DNA from: a virus
Lineage: Duplodnaviria > Heunggongvirae > Uroviricota > Caudoviricetes
IMG/VR virus record: IMGVR_UViG_2579778670_000004
DNA length: 44,004 bases
Strand: one strand, 5' to 3'
The position numbers were made by a program, and so were the translations under genes. A model generated the notes under the pieces. The model ran no database searches, was not told the DNA's origin, and saw only the letters and a program-made list of their open reading frames with translations. Shown here piece by piece: positions 28,353 through 37,196 of this stretch (positions are counted from its first letter, which is position 1; each line of letters opens with the position of its first letter).

Positions 28353-29276
28353 ATGAGATTAAAATACTCAGTACTCTTACTCGCCATTGCCCTTACAGGC
28401 TGTGATAACAAAAAAGATGAGATCGGTTGTTCTTCGGAAATAACCCAGTCAGCTCTCATGGATTTATTAAAAAAATCTGCTTATGAAGGACTCTCTGAAC
28501 AGGTCGATAAATACCCTGATGTCACTAATCAGACCAAACGAAGCACACTGGACAAGATCAAACTAGCCATCTCTGAGATCTCCACAACATCAAGTGACAC
28601 GGGCAGCACAATGAAAACTTGTGAAGGGACCGTGACGATGACTCTATCTGCGAACGAGTACGTCCAGCTTTCAGATGCTTACAGAAAGAATTTTAATCGT
28701 AATCTCGATAAGCAAATGGAAAGCCTGTTTTTGGAGAACAACGCAAACGCCTTTTCAAAACGTATCACCTACACCGTGCAGGCGACCGACGATCAGAAAA
28801 ACGTTTTTGTAAAAACCTCTACTGATAATCCGATATCAGTGGGCGCCGCTTTACTGACATCGCTTTCCATTATCACCCCGATCGTTGAGCAGCAGAAAAT
28901 CCAGCAGGCTAAGGATGCCCAACAGAGTCAAATTGAAGCGGAACAACAGGTGCAACTCAGGGCGCAAGAACAGGCTAAGTATGAGGCGGAGAAGCAAATA
29001 GAGAGACAGGCACAACTTCAGCCGCAAAAAGCTGACAACCTTGATCAGTCCCGAATGGCATTTGCGAATGCCGACTCTGATTTGAGTACCGTCTGGAGCA
29101 AGTTAACCCCGGCGAAGAAAAAAGATTTGCTGCCTTCTCAGCGTCAGTGGATCAAAACTAAGGATGCTATGTGCGGTAAAGTTTCAATGCAGGGAACAGA
29201 TGCTGAAGTCAAGAAAATGGTCGACTGCCAGACGCAAATGACCCTTTCAAGAATCGCTTTCCTCAGAAACCAATAA
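28353..29276 (+). CDS. Lipoprotein with C-terminal DUF1311 (LprI-like) domain
   Basis: 307-aa ORF; signal peptide plus lipobox LTGC; Gln/Glu-rich coiled-coil linker; C-terminal pattern QRQWIKTKDAMC...DCQTQMTLSRIAFL fits the DUF1311 signature as remembered. Confidence 0.55.
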   Translation: MRLKYSVLLLAIALTGCDNKKDEIGCSSEITQSALMDLLKKSAYEGLSEQVDKYPDVTNQTKRSTLDKIKLAISEISTTSSDTGSTMKTCEGTVTMTLSANEYVQLSDAYRKNFNRNLDKQMESLFLENNANAFSKRITYTVQATDDQKNVFVKTSTDNPISVGAALLTSLSIITPIVEQQKIQQAKDAQQSQIEAEQQVQLRAQEQAKYEAEKQIERQAQLQPQKADNLDQSRMAFANADSDLSTVWSKLTPAKKKDLLPSQRQWIKTKDAMCGKVSMQGTDAEVKKMVDCQTQMTLSRIAFLRNQ

Positions 29277-29353
29277 CTGAAGTCTCCTTCAAGCTGGCGC
29301 CAGGTGTTAACCTGGTGCCAGCTTAGTCATCAAGTGCATATGTAACTGTTTTA

Positions 29354-29425
29354 TATGGGCGGTACTTTGACAGAGGTATTCGGTCTCGTGCTGGTCGTGG
29401 TCAAATACCTTTTTAAGCGCAAATA
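29354..29425 (+). repeat. Direct repeat copy 2 (displaced duplicate of the membrane-protein gene 3' end)
   Basis: Core ATGGGCGGTACTTTGACAGAGGTATTCGG is identical to copy 1 and would encode the same C-terminal peptide (MGGTLTEVFGLVLVV..KYLFKRK). Confidence 0.7.
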
Positions 29426-29450
29426 GAGTATTTCCGCCCCAAACAACCTG

Positions 29451-30269
29451 TCAAAATGCTGAATTAGCAACGGATATAGCCGACTTTTTCCCCATTACCA
29501 TCAATTTATCCAGTGTCATACTTCGCAGATTGTCGCTGTGGATCACCAGATACCCTGCCCGCTCAGCGATCTCTTTGAAAGCGTCAAAGGTCATCAGATG
29601 TTCGCCTTTGGCAACATGGCGCATCCCGGTCACTTTTCCATTTTTGATAGTGGTGATAAAAGAAAAATCTGGAATGGTTGGGTGATTTTCATCGAGTAGC
29701 AGGCAGTGGATGTATTCAATCGCCTCTAACATTTGCGTCTGTGACAGTTGTTCTATGTGAGAGACGGCGAAGCGTTGATGAATCATGGTGTAGGCATCGG
29801 GATACATCATGCCTTTCTTGCCGACCAGTATATTAACGGCATCACGCAAGGGAGTACGGTCATCGGTAGTTGTACTCCGCCTCTCTGGACGCTGGCTAAA
29901 ATAACAATCTTCCAGCTTTTCGAAAACTTCCCAGGCCTGTTCTGTTTCCAGCATTTTGGCATGGCGAGCTGCGCCGCGTTCTGTCCAGAGAATGAGGGAT
30001 CGGGTATGTTTAGCAACTGACTGACTATCTGTCAGTCTGTTTTTGAAGTCGCGTAATTCATTACCTTCCAGCTTAAAAAAATGCTTTCCTACGACAAATC
30101 TGGCGATGTTGCGCTTGAAGTTTTGCTGGATACCATTTACTTCCGTGCCATACAAACTGGCAAGCAATTCAGTAGTGATGACGGGAAGTTGGTTATGATG
30201 TAGCGGAGAAAGGGATTCCGCAGATATTTGGACTGTCATCGCAGTGGCCTCACTTAGTGTTTTTTTCAT
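29451..30269 (-). CDS. Phage antirepressor (ORF6N-type N-terminal domain, KilAC-type C-terminal domain)
   Basis: N-terminal pattern LPVITTELLASLYG...NFKRNIARFVVGKHFFKLEG matches antirepressor domains as remembered. Start moved to the ATG at 30267..30269; the track ORF begins at a TTG at 30287. Confidence 0.6.
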   Translation of the reverse strand: MKKTLSEATAMTVQISAESLSPLHHNQLPVITTELLASLYGTEVNGIQQNFKRNIARFVVGKHFFKLEGNELRDFKNRLTDSQSVAKHTRSLILWTERGAARHAKMLETEQAWEVFEKLEDCYFSQRPERRSTTTDDRTPLRDAVNILVGKKGMMYPDAYTMIHQRFAVSHIEQLSQTQMLEAIEYIHCLLLDENHPTIPDFSFITTIKNGKVTGMRHVAKGEHLMTFDAFKEIAERAGYLVIHSDNLRSMTLDKLMVMGKKSAISVANSAF

Positions 30270-30511
30270 CACCACCAGCGACGCCAATCATCTGGTGGTG
30301 AGCTGTGCAGGGTTGGCGTAACCGGCTAAGTGAACCCGGCGCTTCCACAGAAGCCCCCACACAGCCCACCATAATGCGAATGTGGCCGTGCCTAACACAT
30401 AAAAAAACCGCTAACGCGGCTATGCGTCACTTAGATATCCGGGACGCCAATCCCGGCAACCGATTTTGCGGCTGCGCGGAAACTATAGCCCCGGACTTTT
30501 TCTAAGTCAAT

Positions 30512-30733
30512 TCAATCAACTTCAAACCTCCGGTGTTCACATTCCATACACTCAACGGGAACATCATCGCGATGCAAGTCCACATATCCGACCCGCTTAT
30601 ACAACTCAATAATGTCCGGTAACGTGACCAGATGTTTTTCCGGTTCCAACACCTCAGCCCGGGTTACTTTGTAATCTGAAATATAGAGCACTATCCGCCC
30701 GTTCCGTGGTAACTCCAGTTTATCGCCAAACAT
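30512..30733 (-). CDS. Hypothetical phage protein
   Basis: 73-aa ORF in the early-right operon. Confidence 0.35.
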   Translation of the reverse strand: MFGDKLELPRNGRIVLYISDYKVTRAEVLEPEKHLVTLPDIIELYKRVGYVDLHRDDVPVECMECEHRRFEVD

Positions 30734-30920
30734 GTCCTTTCCCTCCGGGAAACCAATGATATTGACGATATTACACCCACAACGATTCGTTTTACGTCAC
30801 TCCGCAATCACCATACATCCGTACCAATCCGTACATTCCCACCACAAAAACGATATTTGACAGGCACTGGTAATAGATTTTTAACGCGTGCTATTGCCTT
30901 GCGACGTATTTTCAATTCAC

Positions 30921-31145
30921 TCATACAGCCTCCCTGCTCTCAAACGGACGAATATTGGTTGGTTCTCCACACGGAATAGCCCAACCCAGCCAGGTAAATA
31001 TTTTCAGGTCACACATCGCGTCATACCGTTCGCCAGGATTCACATCCACCATGCTGCAGGCAATTTCATATTGTTCACCATTATCAGTCAGTGCGATCTG
31101 GTCATTAATAAACCGGGGCACAAATGCAAGAAAAAGTTCTTTCAT
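30921..31145 (-). CDS. Hypothetical phage protein
   Basis: 74-aa ORF, 4-bp overlap with the upstream gene. Confidence 0.35.
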   Translation of the reverse strand: MKELFLAFVPRFINDQIALTDNGEQYEIACSMVDVNPGERYDAMCDLKIFTWLGWAIPCGEPTNIRPFESREAV

Positions 31146-31453
31146 GAAATTCTCCGCTCAAAATAAACAAACTGATTCACCGCTCCGATCGGCATTTCGA
31201 GTTTTTCTGCGATATCCTGGCGATTAATACCCGACTGATGTAATTCCCTTGCCAGCTCGATATCTTCCTGGAGGTATTTCACTGACTGGTGATAATTACC
31301 CCGCAGATACATACAGATTTTCAGCTCGCGCGCTTTTGTGCGTACCGCTGCACCGGTTCTGCCAATAAGCTGCCCTATACGTTCAACTGTCATGCTGCCC
31401 GCACATTGTTTGATGATTACGACTTCCGCACGCACCCACCGTTTGTATTTCAT
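31142..31453 (-). CDS. Hypothetical phage protein with HTH-like segments
   Basis: 103-aa ORF; segments such as GINRQDIAEKLEMPIGAVNQ resemble helix-turn-helix; coupled to neighbours by 4-bp overlaps. Confidence 0.35.
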   Translation of the reverse strand: MKYKRWVRAEVVIIKQCAGSMTVERIGQLIGRTGAAVRTKARELKICMYLRGNYHQSVKYLQEDIELARELHQSGINRQDIAEKLEMPIGAVNQFVYFERRIS

Positions 31454-31686
31454 TGTTCCATCACCCCTCTCCAGTAGTTCAGACGCTCTCTGAAAAATTC
31501 CCGGTACGTATCTGGCGTCATTCCGATTTGCTCAATCACGCTTCCCCTCGGAATACGTTTCTCAAAGAGTTGGCGGATCAGCGCCGCCGCTCGCATGTCG
31601 TAGTGCTCTTTAAGCTGGTATTCCTGGGGCCATTTGGCGCGGTTGTGTGGTAAGCCGGGCGGCAGGTAATCTGATTGCCCGGCCAT
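31450..31686 (-). CDS. Hypothetical phage protein
   Basis: 78-aa ORF in the operon. Confidence 0.35.
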   Translation of the reverse strand: MAGQSDYLPPGLPHNRAKWPQEYQLKEHYDMRAAALIRQLFEKRIPRGSVIEQIGMTPDTYREFFRERLNYWRGVMEQ

Positions 31687-31687
31687 A

Positions 31688-32098
31688 TCACGCCCCTTTC
31701 TTTGCTATCGGAGTGATGGAACTCAGCAGCAGGCGGCAGCGACCAGGCGCGCCAATGCGCTGCCCGGTTATCTTGTCGTAAGTTTCATGCGGTGAGGCAC
31801 ACCAGGTTGTCGCTGTTTCGTGGAGTTTCACTTGCCGCTCACCATTTCTGCGAATCGCGATCCCGGTGTGCGTTTTGCCCTTACGTTTCACTGCTGGCGC
31901 TGCGGCTACGGATGCCTGACGGGCAGGCTTAGCAGGGGTTGAAAAATTGCCTGCTTTAGGTCTTGGCACAAAAACCGCGCGAGTGCGCGCACGTGGCCCG
32001 ACGTTCATATTCCACAAAATGACGTCGAGATAGTTTTTACCGTCGTCTATGTGTCCTTTGTCCGACGGGTACTCTAATTTGCCTGGAGTGGTGGTCAT
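31688..32098 (-). CDS. Hypothetical phage protein
   Basis: 136-aa ORF downstream of the helicase gene. Confidence 0.35.
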   Translation of the reverse strand: MTTTPGKLEYPSDKGHIDDGKNYLDVILWNMNVGPRARTRAVFVPRPKAGNFSTPAKPARQASVAAAPAVKRKGKTHTGIAIRRNGERQVKLHETATTWCASPHETYDKITGQRIGAPGRCRLLLSSITPIAKKGA

Positions 32099-32136
32099 TG
32101 GTCTTTCCTCGGTTATTTCACGCTGGTCAGGCGTGG

Positions 32137-33579
32137 TTAAAATTCATTTGTGCGAGAATTATCGCTACGGGAATAACGTTTATTTTTTTCTGAGCGGTCG
32201 TTGGTAAGGCGATAAACCTCCTCATCGCTGATATCAATAACTGAGCCATTTTTCATCAGGGCATAGGCTGTTCCCGATGGTCCTTCGCGGTTCAGACGTA
32301 GCAACATTTCCATGAGATTTGGGTCGGCATTTTCGTTATAAACAGCATCACGATAGAGGCCAATCCAGACATCGCAATCTTGTTCGATCTGCCCGGTATC
32401 TTTACTGTCGCTCGGGTTAGGCCGCTTATCGGCACGTTCTTCAAGCTTTCGGTTGAGTTGCGTCAGCAGGACCACAACACAATCCAGCTCTTTTGCCAGG
32501 TTCTTCAAACCGGTTGTGATATCGCCATACGCAATATCCCTACGCTCTGCCGATTCGGTCTTCATCAGCGTCAAATAGTCAATTGCCACCAGGCCAACCG
32601 AGCCACGCATCCGTTTAACTTTTCGACATTCAGCGACAATATGCGCAAGGGTTACACCTGCCGTGCTGTCAATCATCATGTTGGATTCGGCAATCTCCCC
32701 CGCCTTTGCTATTGCGAGACTCAATTCAGATTCATCGTTAGGGCCAAGATAAAAAATCTCCGAATTGACCTTTGCTTCCTGCGCAACCATGCGTTCAATG
32801 AGACTTCTGTCAGTCATTTCCAGGCTAAATACCAGCGTCGGCAAACGATGATTCAGAGCAAAATGCACCGCAATTTTATTAAACGCGGCTGTCTTGCCCA
32901 TTTTTGGCCGGGCACCAATAACGACCAATGAACCTCTTAACGCCTGCTTTGGTGCCATTAAGCGATCAAGGCTTTCGATTCCGAGCGTTAGTCCGGCTGC
33001 ATGTGCTGGATCATTGAAACGGCGCTCAAGGTCATCTATCCAGTCATCGACGACTTCACTTGCCGGACGCAAACCGCCCTTATGCCCGGTACGGGAATGT
33101 TCGGCCACCTGCCCAATCACTTGCTGAACGGCGGTGATCCTGTCAGTAGCAGTCATATCTGCAGGCTGGATCATAATCTCCAGACAAGAATTCAACTTTT
33201 CCACGGCATAACGAAGAATGGCTTTTTCACGTACAATTTTCGCGTAGTTGACCATTGAGGCCGGAATCGCCGCCTTACTCATTTCAGCCAGGTATGCGAA
33301 TCCCCCCACGCGCTCATACAGCCCCTTCGATTCCATCAGTTCGGTCAGTGTTATCAGGTCAGTTGGTTTATCAGCTTGAAATAATCCTTTGATCTCCCGG
33401 TAGATAACCTGATGCGCATTGATATAAAACGTTTCCGGTTTCAGTAACGCAAATACCGCATTGGTTCTGTCGTGGTCGGTATTCAGCATCAGACAGCCCA
33501 GAACAGCCTGTTCTGCGTCAACGCTGTACAGTGCAATCGCGTTATTTATCATTTGCGCGTTCTTCCTTGACCGAAACAT
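32137..33579 (-). CDS. Replicative DNA helicase (DnaB family)
   Basis: 480-aa ORF with DnaB-like N-terminal domain and Walker A (GARPKMGKT) in the C-terminal RecA-like domain. Confidence 0.85.
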   Translation of the reverse strand: MFRSRKNAQMINNAIALYSVDAEQAVLGCLMLNTDHDRTNAVFALLKPETFYINAHQVIYREIKGLFQADKPTDLITLTELMESKGLYERVGGFAYLAEMSKAAIPASMVNYAKIVREKAILRYAVEKLNSCLEIMIQPADMTATDRITAVQQVIGQVAEHSRTGHKGGLRPASEVVDDWIDDLERRFNDPAHAAGLTLGIESLDRLMAPKQALRGSLVVIGARPKMGKTAAFNKIAVHFALNHRLPTLVFSLEMTDRSLIERMVAQEAKVNSEIFYLGPNDESELSLAIAKAGEIAESNMMIDSTAGVTLAHIVAECRKVKRMRGSVGLVAIDYLTLMKTESAERRDIAYGDITTGLKNLAKELDCVVVLLTQLNRKLEERADKRPNPSDSKDTGQIEQDCDVWIGLYRDAVYNENADPNLMEMLLRLNREGPSGTAYALMKNGSVIDISDEEVYRLTNDRSEKNKRYSRSDNSRTNEF

Positions 33580-34297
33580 AGCAGCGTTCGGTAATCAGAT
33601 AATCAAGATTTTTACGCCGCCAGAATCCTCCCCTGCCATTTGGCCTGTCCTCCAGCATCCAGCGACAATTGCCACCGATAAATTCCAGATAGGCCCGCCA
33701 ACGGGACTCATTGAAATTGAATTTTTTCCAGAAAGTGCGAAGGTGTTTTTTTCTGCCGTCAGTGAGGATTTTCACTGGTGGCATCTCTGGCAAAATCTCG
33801 TGATAGGTATCGAGTATCACCTGATAATTTATTCTCTGGTCGGCAGGTTGTTGGGTGTCGGCGTCAGCCGATTCACCATCAGTAATAATCTCTGTAGTAT
33901 TCTCTGTAAGAATGTTTGTTGGTTTTCCACGTACAGGCCTGGTGGTTTTCCCCTCACCTGTATGTGGTTTTTCCGCATCCTTGTATGCGGACGTAAGTAG
34001 CTGGCACAACACATCATTATCGATTTTGTAGTACAGCCTGGCAGGCAAGCCCTGTTTACGTTCCAGCAAGACGCCGAGACCACGTAGTTTTTTGCGCGCG
34101 CCCTCCTGCTCGTATCGTGAAAGCCCTGTTTCCTCTTCCCACTCATCCTGGGTTTTATATACCCAGCCGTCGTCAGTTGTTCTGTTTGTCCAGTACGTCA
34201 ACTGCGACAGAAACAATGCGGCAGTCACGCCCATTTCAAGACGGATAAAACTTCTCTGGAAGGCTATGGGTCTATCAAGTAACGGGAGGATGTTCAT
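33542..34297 (-). CDS. Replication initiation/replisome organizer protein (O-like)
   Basis: 251-aa ORF immediately upstream of the helicase; N-terminal winged-helix-like region. Confidence 0.5.
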   Translation of the reverse strand: MNILPLLDRPIAFQRSFIRLEMGVTAALFLSQLTYWTNRTTDDGWVYKTQDEWEEETGLSRYEQEGARKKLRGLGVLLERKQGLPARLYYKIDNDVLCQLLTSAYKDAEKPHTGEGKTTRPVRGKPTNILTENTTEIITDGESADADTQQPADQRINYQVILDTYHEILPEMPPVKILTDGRKKHLRTFWKKFNFNESRWRAYLEFIGGNCRWMLEDRPNGRGGFWRRKNLDYLITERCYVSVKEERANDK

Positions 34298-34518
34298 ATG
34301 CCCAAAGCCTCTGAGAGAACGCGACAGCCAGCCTCATAGGCAGCGCCAGAGAGATTTTGCTCACGCAGTTTCGCTTTTTCTTCTTCGTACTTTTCCCATA
34401 CAGAACGTGCAGCTGCGACGCGGCCATCGAATATGGGGCGGATCTCTGCAACATGTGCCGGGCGTCCATTCAGGTGCCAGCCGTTACGCCAGGTAATGCG
34501 GTCAATATGTCTTAACAT
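34294..34518 (-). CDS. Hypothetical phage protein
   Basis: 74-aa ORF between the CII-position gene and the replication initiator. Confidence 0.35.
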   Translation of the reverse strand: MLRHIDRITWRNGWHLNGRPAHVAEIRPIFDGRVAAARSVWEKYEEEKAKLREQNLSGAAYEAGCRVLSEALGI

Positions 34519-34557
34519 CGGTCTTTCCTCGGTATAAGTTAAACGCTGGTCAGGCGC

Positions 34558-35034
34558 TCATGCATGGTGGTCTTGCGCAGTGCGTATCACTGCTCCTCGC
34601 GTCGCTACCAGCGCCGCTATTGCTTCGTCAATTTCCTGAATAGTTAACTCTGGCGCGAAGTGGAGATGTACAGCGTTAATCGCTTCCACCCCTTCTTTTG
34701 CCGCCAGCGTTGCCAGCAAAACGGGATCGCCCGGCGACTCCAGACGTGCCCGCCGTTCTGCGGGTAGCACGGCTTTCATCACACTGGCCAGCACCTGAGT
34801 TTTTCGGCGCGCCGCCGTTGTCTCGCCACGTAACCAGCGAAAGATTTTCTGCCGATTGTTGTTGATGGCTCTCCAGTCCACGTTGCCGTCCGCGTCCTCA
34901 AATTCATGTAGTCTCAACTCATCATTGCGTCCCTGACTGAACCAGGCCCGGCAGATTTCAATCGTGACGAGTTCCTGCCCTGCCCTTGCCGCCCAGGTCA
35001 AAATCTCTTTTTGTAATTCCTCTTGGTTTTCCAT
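34558..35034 (-). CDS. Early regulatory-region protein (YdaT/CII-position protein, function uncertain)
   Basis: 158-aa ORF directly downstream of the Cro-like gene, arranged as in Rac-type prophages. Confidence 0.35.
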   Translation of the reverse strand: MENQEELQKEILTWAARAGQELVTIEICRAWFSQGRNDELRLHEFEDADGNVDWRAINNNRQKIFRWLRGETTAARRKTQVLASVMKAVLPAERRARLESPGDPVLLATLAAKEGVEAINAVHLHFAPELTIQEIDEAIAALVATRGAVIRTAQDHHA

Positions 35035-35092
35035 AGCGTCTCCTGTCGCTAAAAATTGATTACGCTTAATCAGATTTGGGGCTCACCAACAG

Positions 35093-35323
35093 TTAAGCTG
35101 CTTCCGTTTTAGGCAAGCTGTCATCTGGGTTTGGGTAAAGATCCGGTCTAAGATCATGAGGGGTCACGCGCCATTCAAGAGCTTCAGATGTGCGCAAAAC
35201 CTCTTCACCGGGAACCCGTCCTTTGAACCAGAGGCTTACCGTTTGTGGTTTTTTCCCTAATCGCCGCCCTAACTCGGATTGACTCATTACGGAAAGAATT
35301 TTGTCTTGCAGTTGTTTATCCAT
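35093..35323 (-). CDS. Cro-like HTH regulator (YdaS-like)
   Basis: Start set at the ATG with AAGGAG Shine-Dalgarno (MDKQLQDKILSVMSQSELGRRLG...), 76 aa; divergent from the repressor gene. Confidence 0.5.
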   Translation of the reverse strand: MDKQLQDKILSVMSQSELGRRLGKKPQTVSLWFKGRVPGEEVLRTSEALEWRVTPHDLRPDLYPNPDDSLPKTEAA

Positions 35324-35348
35324 ATGGACTCCTTGTGTCCGCGTCATC

Positions 35349-35387
35349 ATTACAAACAATAACTGTAATTACAAATTATATTTGCAA
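35349..35387. promoter_or_regulatory. Operator region between divergent cro-like and repressor genes
   Basis: Inverted repeats ATTACA-N9-TGTAAT (35349..35369) and TTACAAAT-TAT-ATTTGCAA (35369..35387). Confidence 0.45.
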
Positions 35388-35406
35388 TGCTCCCTACAAT
35401 TAAACC

Positions 35407-35835
35407 TTGTATCCTTACGGTATGAACACAAAAACGAAAAACATGGCTTTTGCTAGCCGACTACAACGGATTCTAAAAGACTTAGGCTGGTCTCAATCTG
35501 AGTTAGCTCGCCATATTGGGGTTACGGCTCAATCAGTTCAGGCATGGTGTAATGGGGTAACTCCAAGAAAAGATAAATTAGACAAGCTAGCAAAAGTGAC
35601 CGGATACCCTGTTCATTTTTTCTTCATGAATGAAGGGGAATATTTGGATGAATCCACACTACACCCGGGTAATTACAATCAAGAACTAACCCCGCAAGAA
35701 CAGGCTCTACTGCAACTATTCAGAGGACTGCCTGAGAGCGAAAAAAATAAATTAATCAATGAGCTAAAAGAAAAAAGAGAGCACTTCGATCTACTGCTAA
35801 AAGAACTACTTGAAGCCAAAAACCAGACAAAATAG
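35407..35835 (+). CDS. CI-like prophage repressor (XRE-family HTH, no S24 peptidase domain)
   Basis: 142-aa ORF; N-terminal HTH (LGWSQSELARHIGVTAQSVQAW); C-terminal short coiled-coil segment only. Confidence 0.6.
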   Translation: MYPYGMNTKTKNMAFASRLQRILKDLGWSQSELARHIGVTAQSVQAWCNGVTPRKDKLDKLAKVTGYPVHFFFMNEGEYLDESTLHPGNYNQELTPQEQALLQLFRGLPESEKNKLINELKEKREHFDLLLKELLEAKNQTK

Positions 35836-35953
35836 TTCAGTTCAAATTTCCAGGCCAGCCGCTGCTGGCATGCAACTTTCCCCTAACACAAAAACACCTT
35901 TACACAGTGAATATTTTTTTGCCCCTCACTACAAATTATTTTTTAAAAACACA

Positions 35954-35982
35954 TTGACCATTACAAATACAAATTGTAAAGT
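35954..35982 (+). promoter_or_regulatory. Sigma70-like promoter with embedded operator palindrome (early-left promoter candidate)
   Basis: TTGACC, 17-bp spacer, TAAAGT; spacer contains TTACAAATACAAATTGTAA, related to the operator half-sites at 35369..35387. Confidence 0.4.
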
Positions 35983-36845
35983 CACTTTCATCAACAACGC
36001 TTACCCAGCGGCAGTTGTTCAGAAACACGTTCTGACAGCCGGAAAGACGGCACCAAATTTTGCGCGTCGGCGCCAACACGGTGACAGAGGGAAAGACTTC
36101 ACCGGCATATGGCACATGTGTCGAAGCGGTCTGGATGGAAGCGGAGCCTTAACGCGTTGTCTCCATAGCAGGTAGCCGGAATGTGCAAGCCACAGCCAGG
36201 TATGAGCGATTGATTCACCATCAAGGCGATACGGTGTGACCACCAGGGAAGAGTCCTGGCTACAACACGAGAGCGCACTTCATCGACTCAACTTTGAGCT
36301 TTGTCGTTAAATTTTGAAATGGCGGAGTGCGCTCCCGGTTGTGGTGAACAGGTGTTTAACGGGAACTCCCTGCCCGTTACCCGGTTCGATTCCGGGCGCC
36401 CATCATCAATTTGCTGTGTTTAGTCTTTGCCCAGTCCGCACGATGGGCCATTTTTTCACACAGCCAGGTTTTATCGCTGTGCCTGAGTCCCCAACAGGAG
36501 AGGCCAAACCCGCAGCGTGACACCAGGGAAAGACCGGAGGAAGTACCACGCCTGACCAGCGTTGACCATGAGCCTGACCAGCTCAAAACAGGAAAGACCA
36601 GCCCGGGCCTGACCAGCCCTGTACGGTCGTAATGGAAACATAACGACGCCGGAAACGTAACCGGCACCCTTTAGATAGCAAAAGACCCGCACAAGGCGGG
36701 CCAGTTACCCCGAACGGCGACCAAACCATTCGGATTTATCACAAGTGACCAAACTTGTGATGAGGAAAGACCAACGACACTGACGCTATGGAAGCTGATC
36801 AATATTCGCTGATCGGCTCTGAGTATACATTACCAAGGAGTCGCT

Positions 36846-37166
36846 ATGGAAGCGCGCACCATCCCAGTAACACTCTTTATTCATTATGCAACTTCAACTT
36901 TCAGCCACGAAAAGCTGCTTGTTGCGACTGTTGATATGTCAAAAAATTTTCCAGACAGGTACATCCTTCTGGAAAGCCGCGAAATTGAAATTACCGTTAA
37001 CCAGCCCGAGCCAATCGACATCATCGGTTTACAGGTCGAGCAACTGCGTGAACAAAAACAGAAAACAGTCGCCGACGCCCAACAGCGTATTGCTGCTATC
37101 GATGACAAAATCCAGCAGTTACTTTGCATCGAATACACGCCAGATACCGATGAGCTCCCCTACTAA
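36846..37166 (+). CDS. Hypothetical early-left protein
   Basis: 106-aa ORF with AAGGAG Shine-Dalgarno. Confidence 0.4.
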   Translation: MEARTIPVTLFIHYATSTFSHEKLLVATVDMSKNFPDRYILLESREIEITVNQPEPIDIIGLQVEQLREQKQKTVADAQQRIAAIDDKIQQLLCIEYTPDTDELPY

Positions 37167-37196
37167 AAACCACTGACCTGTAATGAGGAAAGACCA

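Noticed and set aside
29277-29335. Hairpin AAGCTGGCGCCAGG-TGTTAA-CCTGGTGCCAGCTT after the lipoprotein gene as an intrinsic terminator
   Set aside because: Strong stem but no downstream U-tract; may still be a stabilising stem-loop, so not called as a terminator.
30288-30510. LexA box upstream of the ORF6N/KilAC antirepressor
   Set aside because: Looked for CTGT-N8-ACAG in the antirepressor upstream region and found none; only the CACCACCAG/CTGGTGGTG inverted repeat is present.
36311-36405. tRNA-like segment containing GGTTCGATTCCGGG (T-arm-like)
   Set aside because: No acceptor stem pairing or full cloverleaf could be built on either strand. At most a remnant or chance similarity, so not called as a tRNA.
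36314-36632. ORFs 36314..36520 and 36411..36632 in the leader region
   Set aside because: The first starts at TTG, both lack Shine-Dalgarno sequences and have low-complexity Pro/Gly-rich translations; more likely a noncoding leader.
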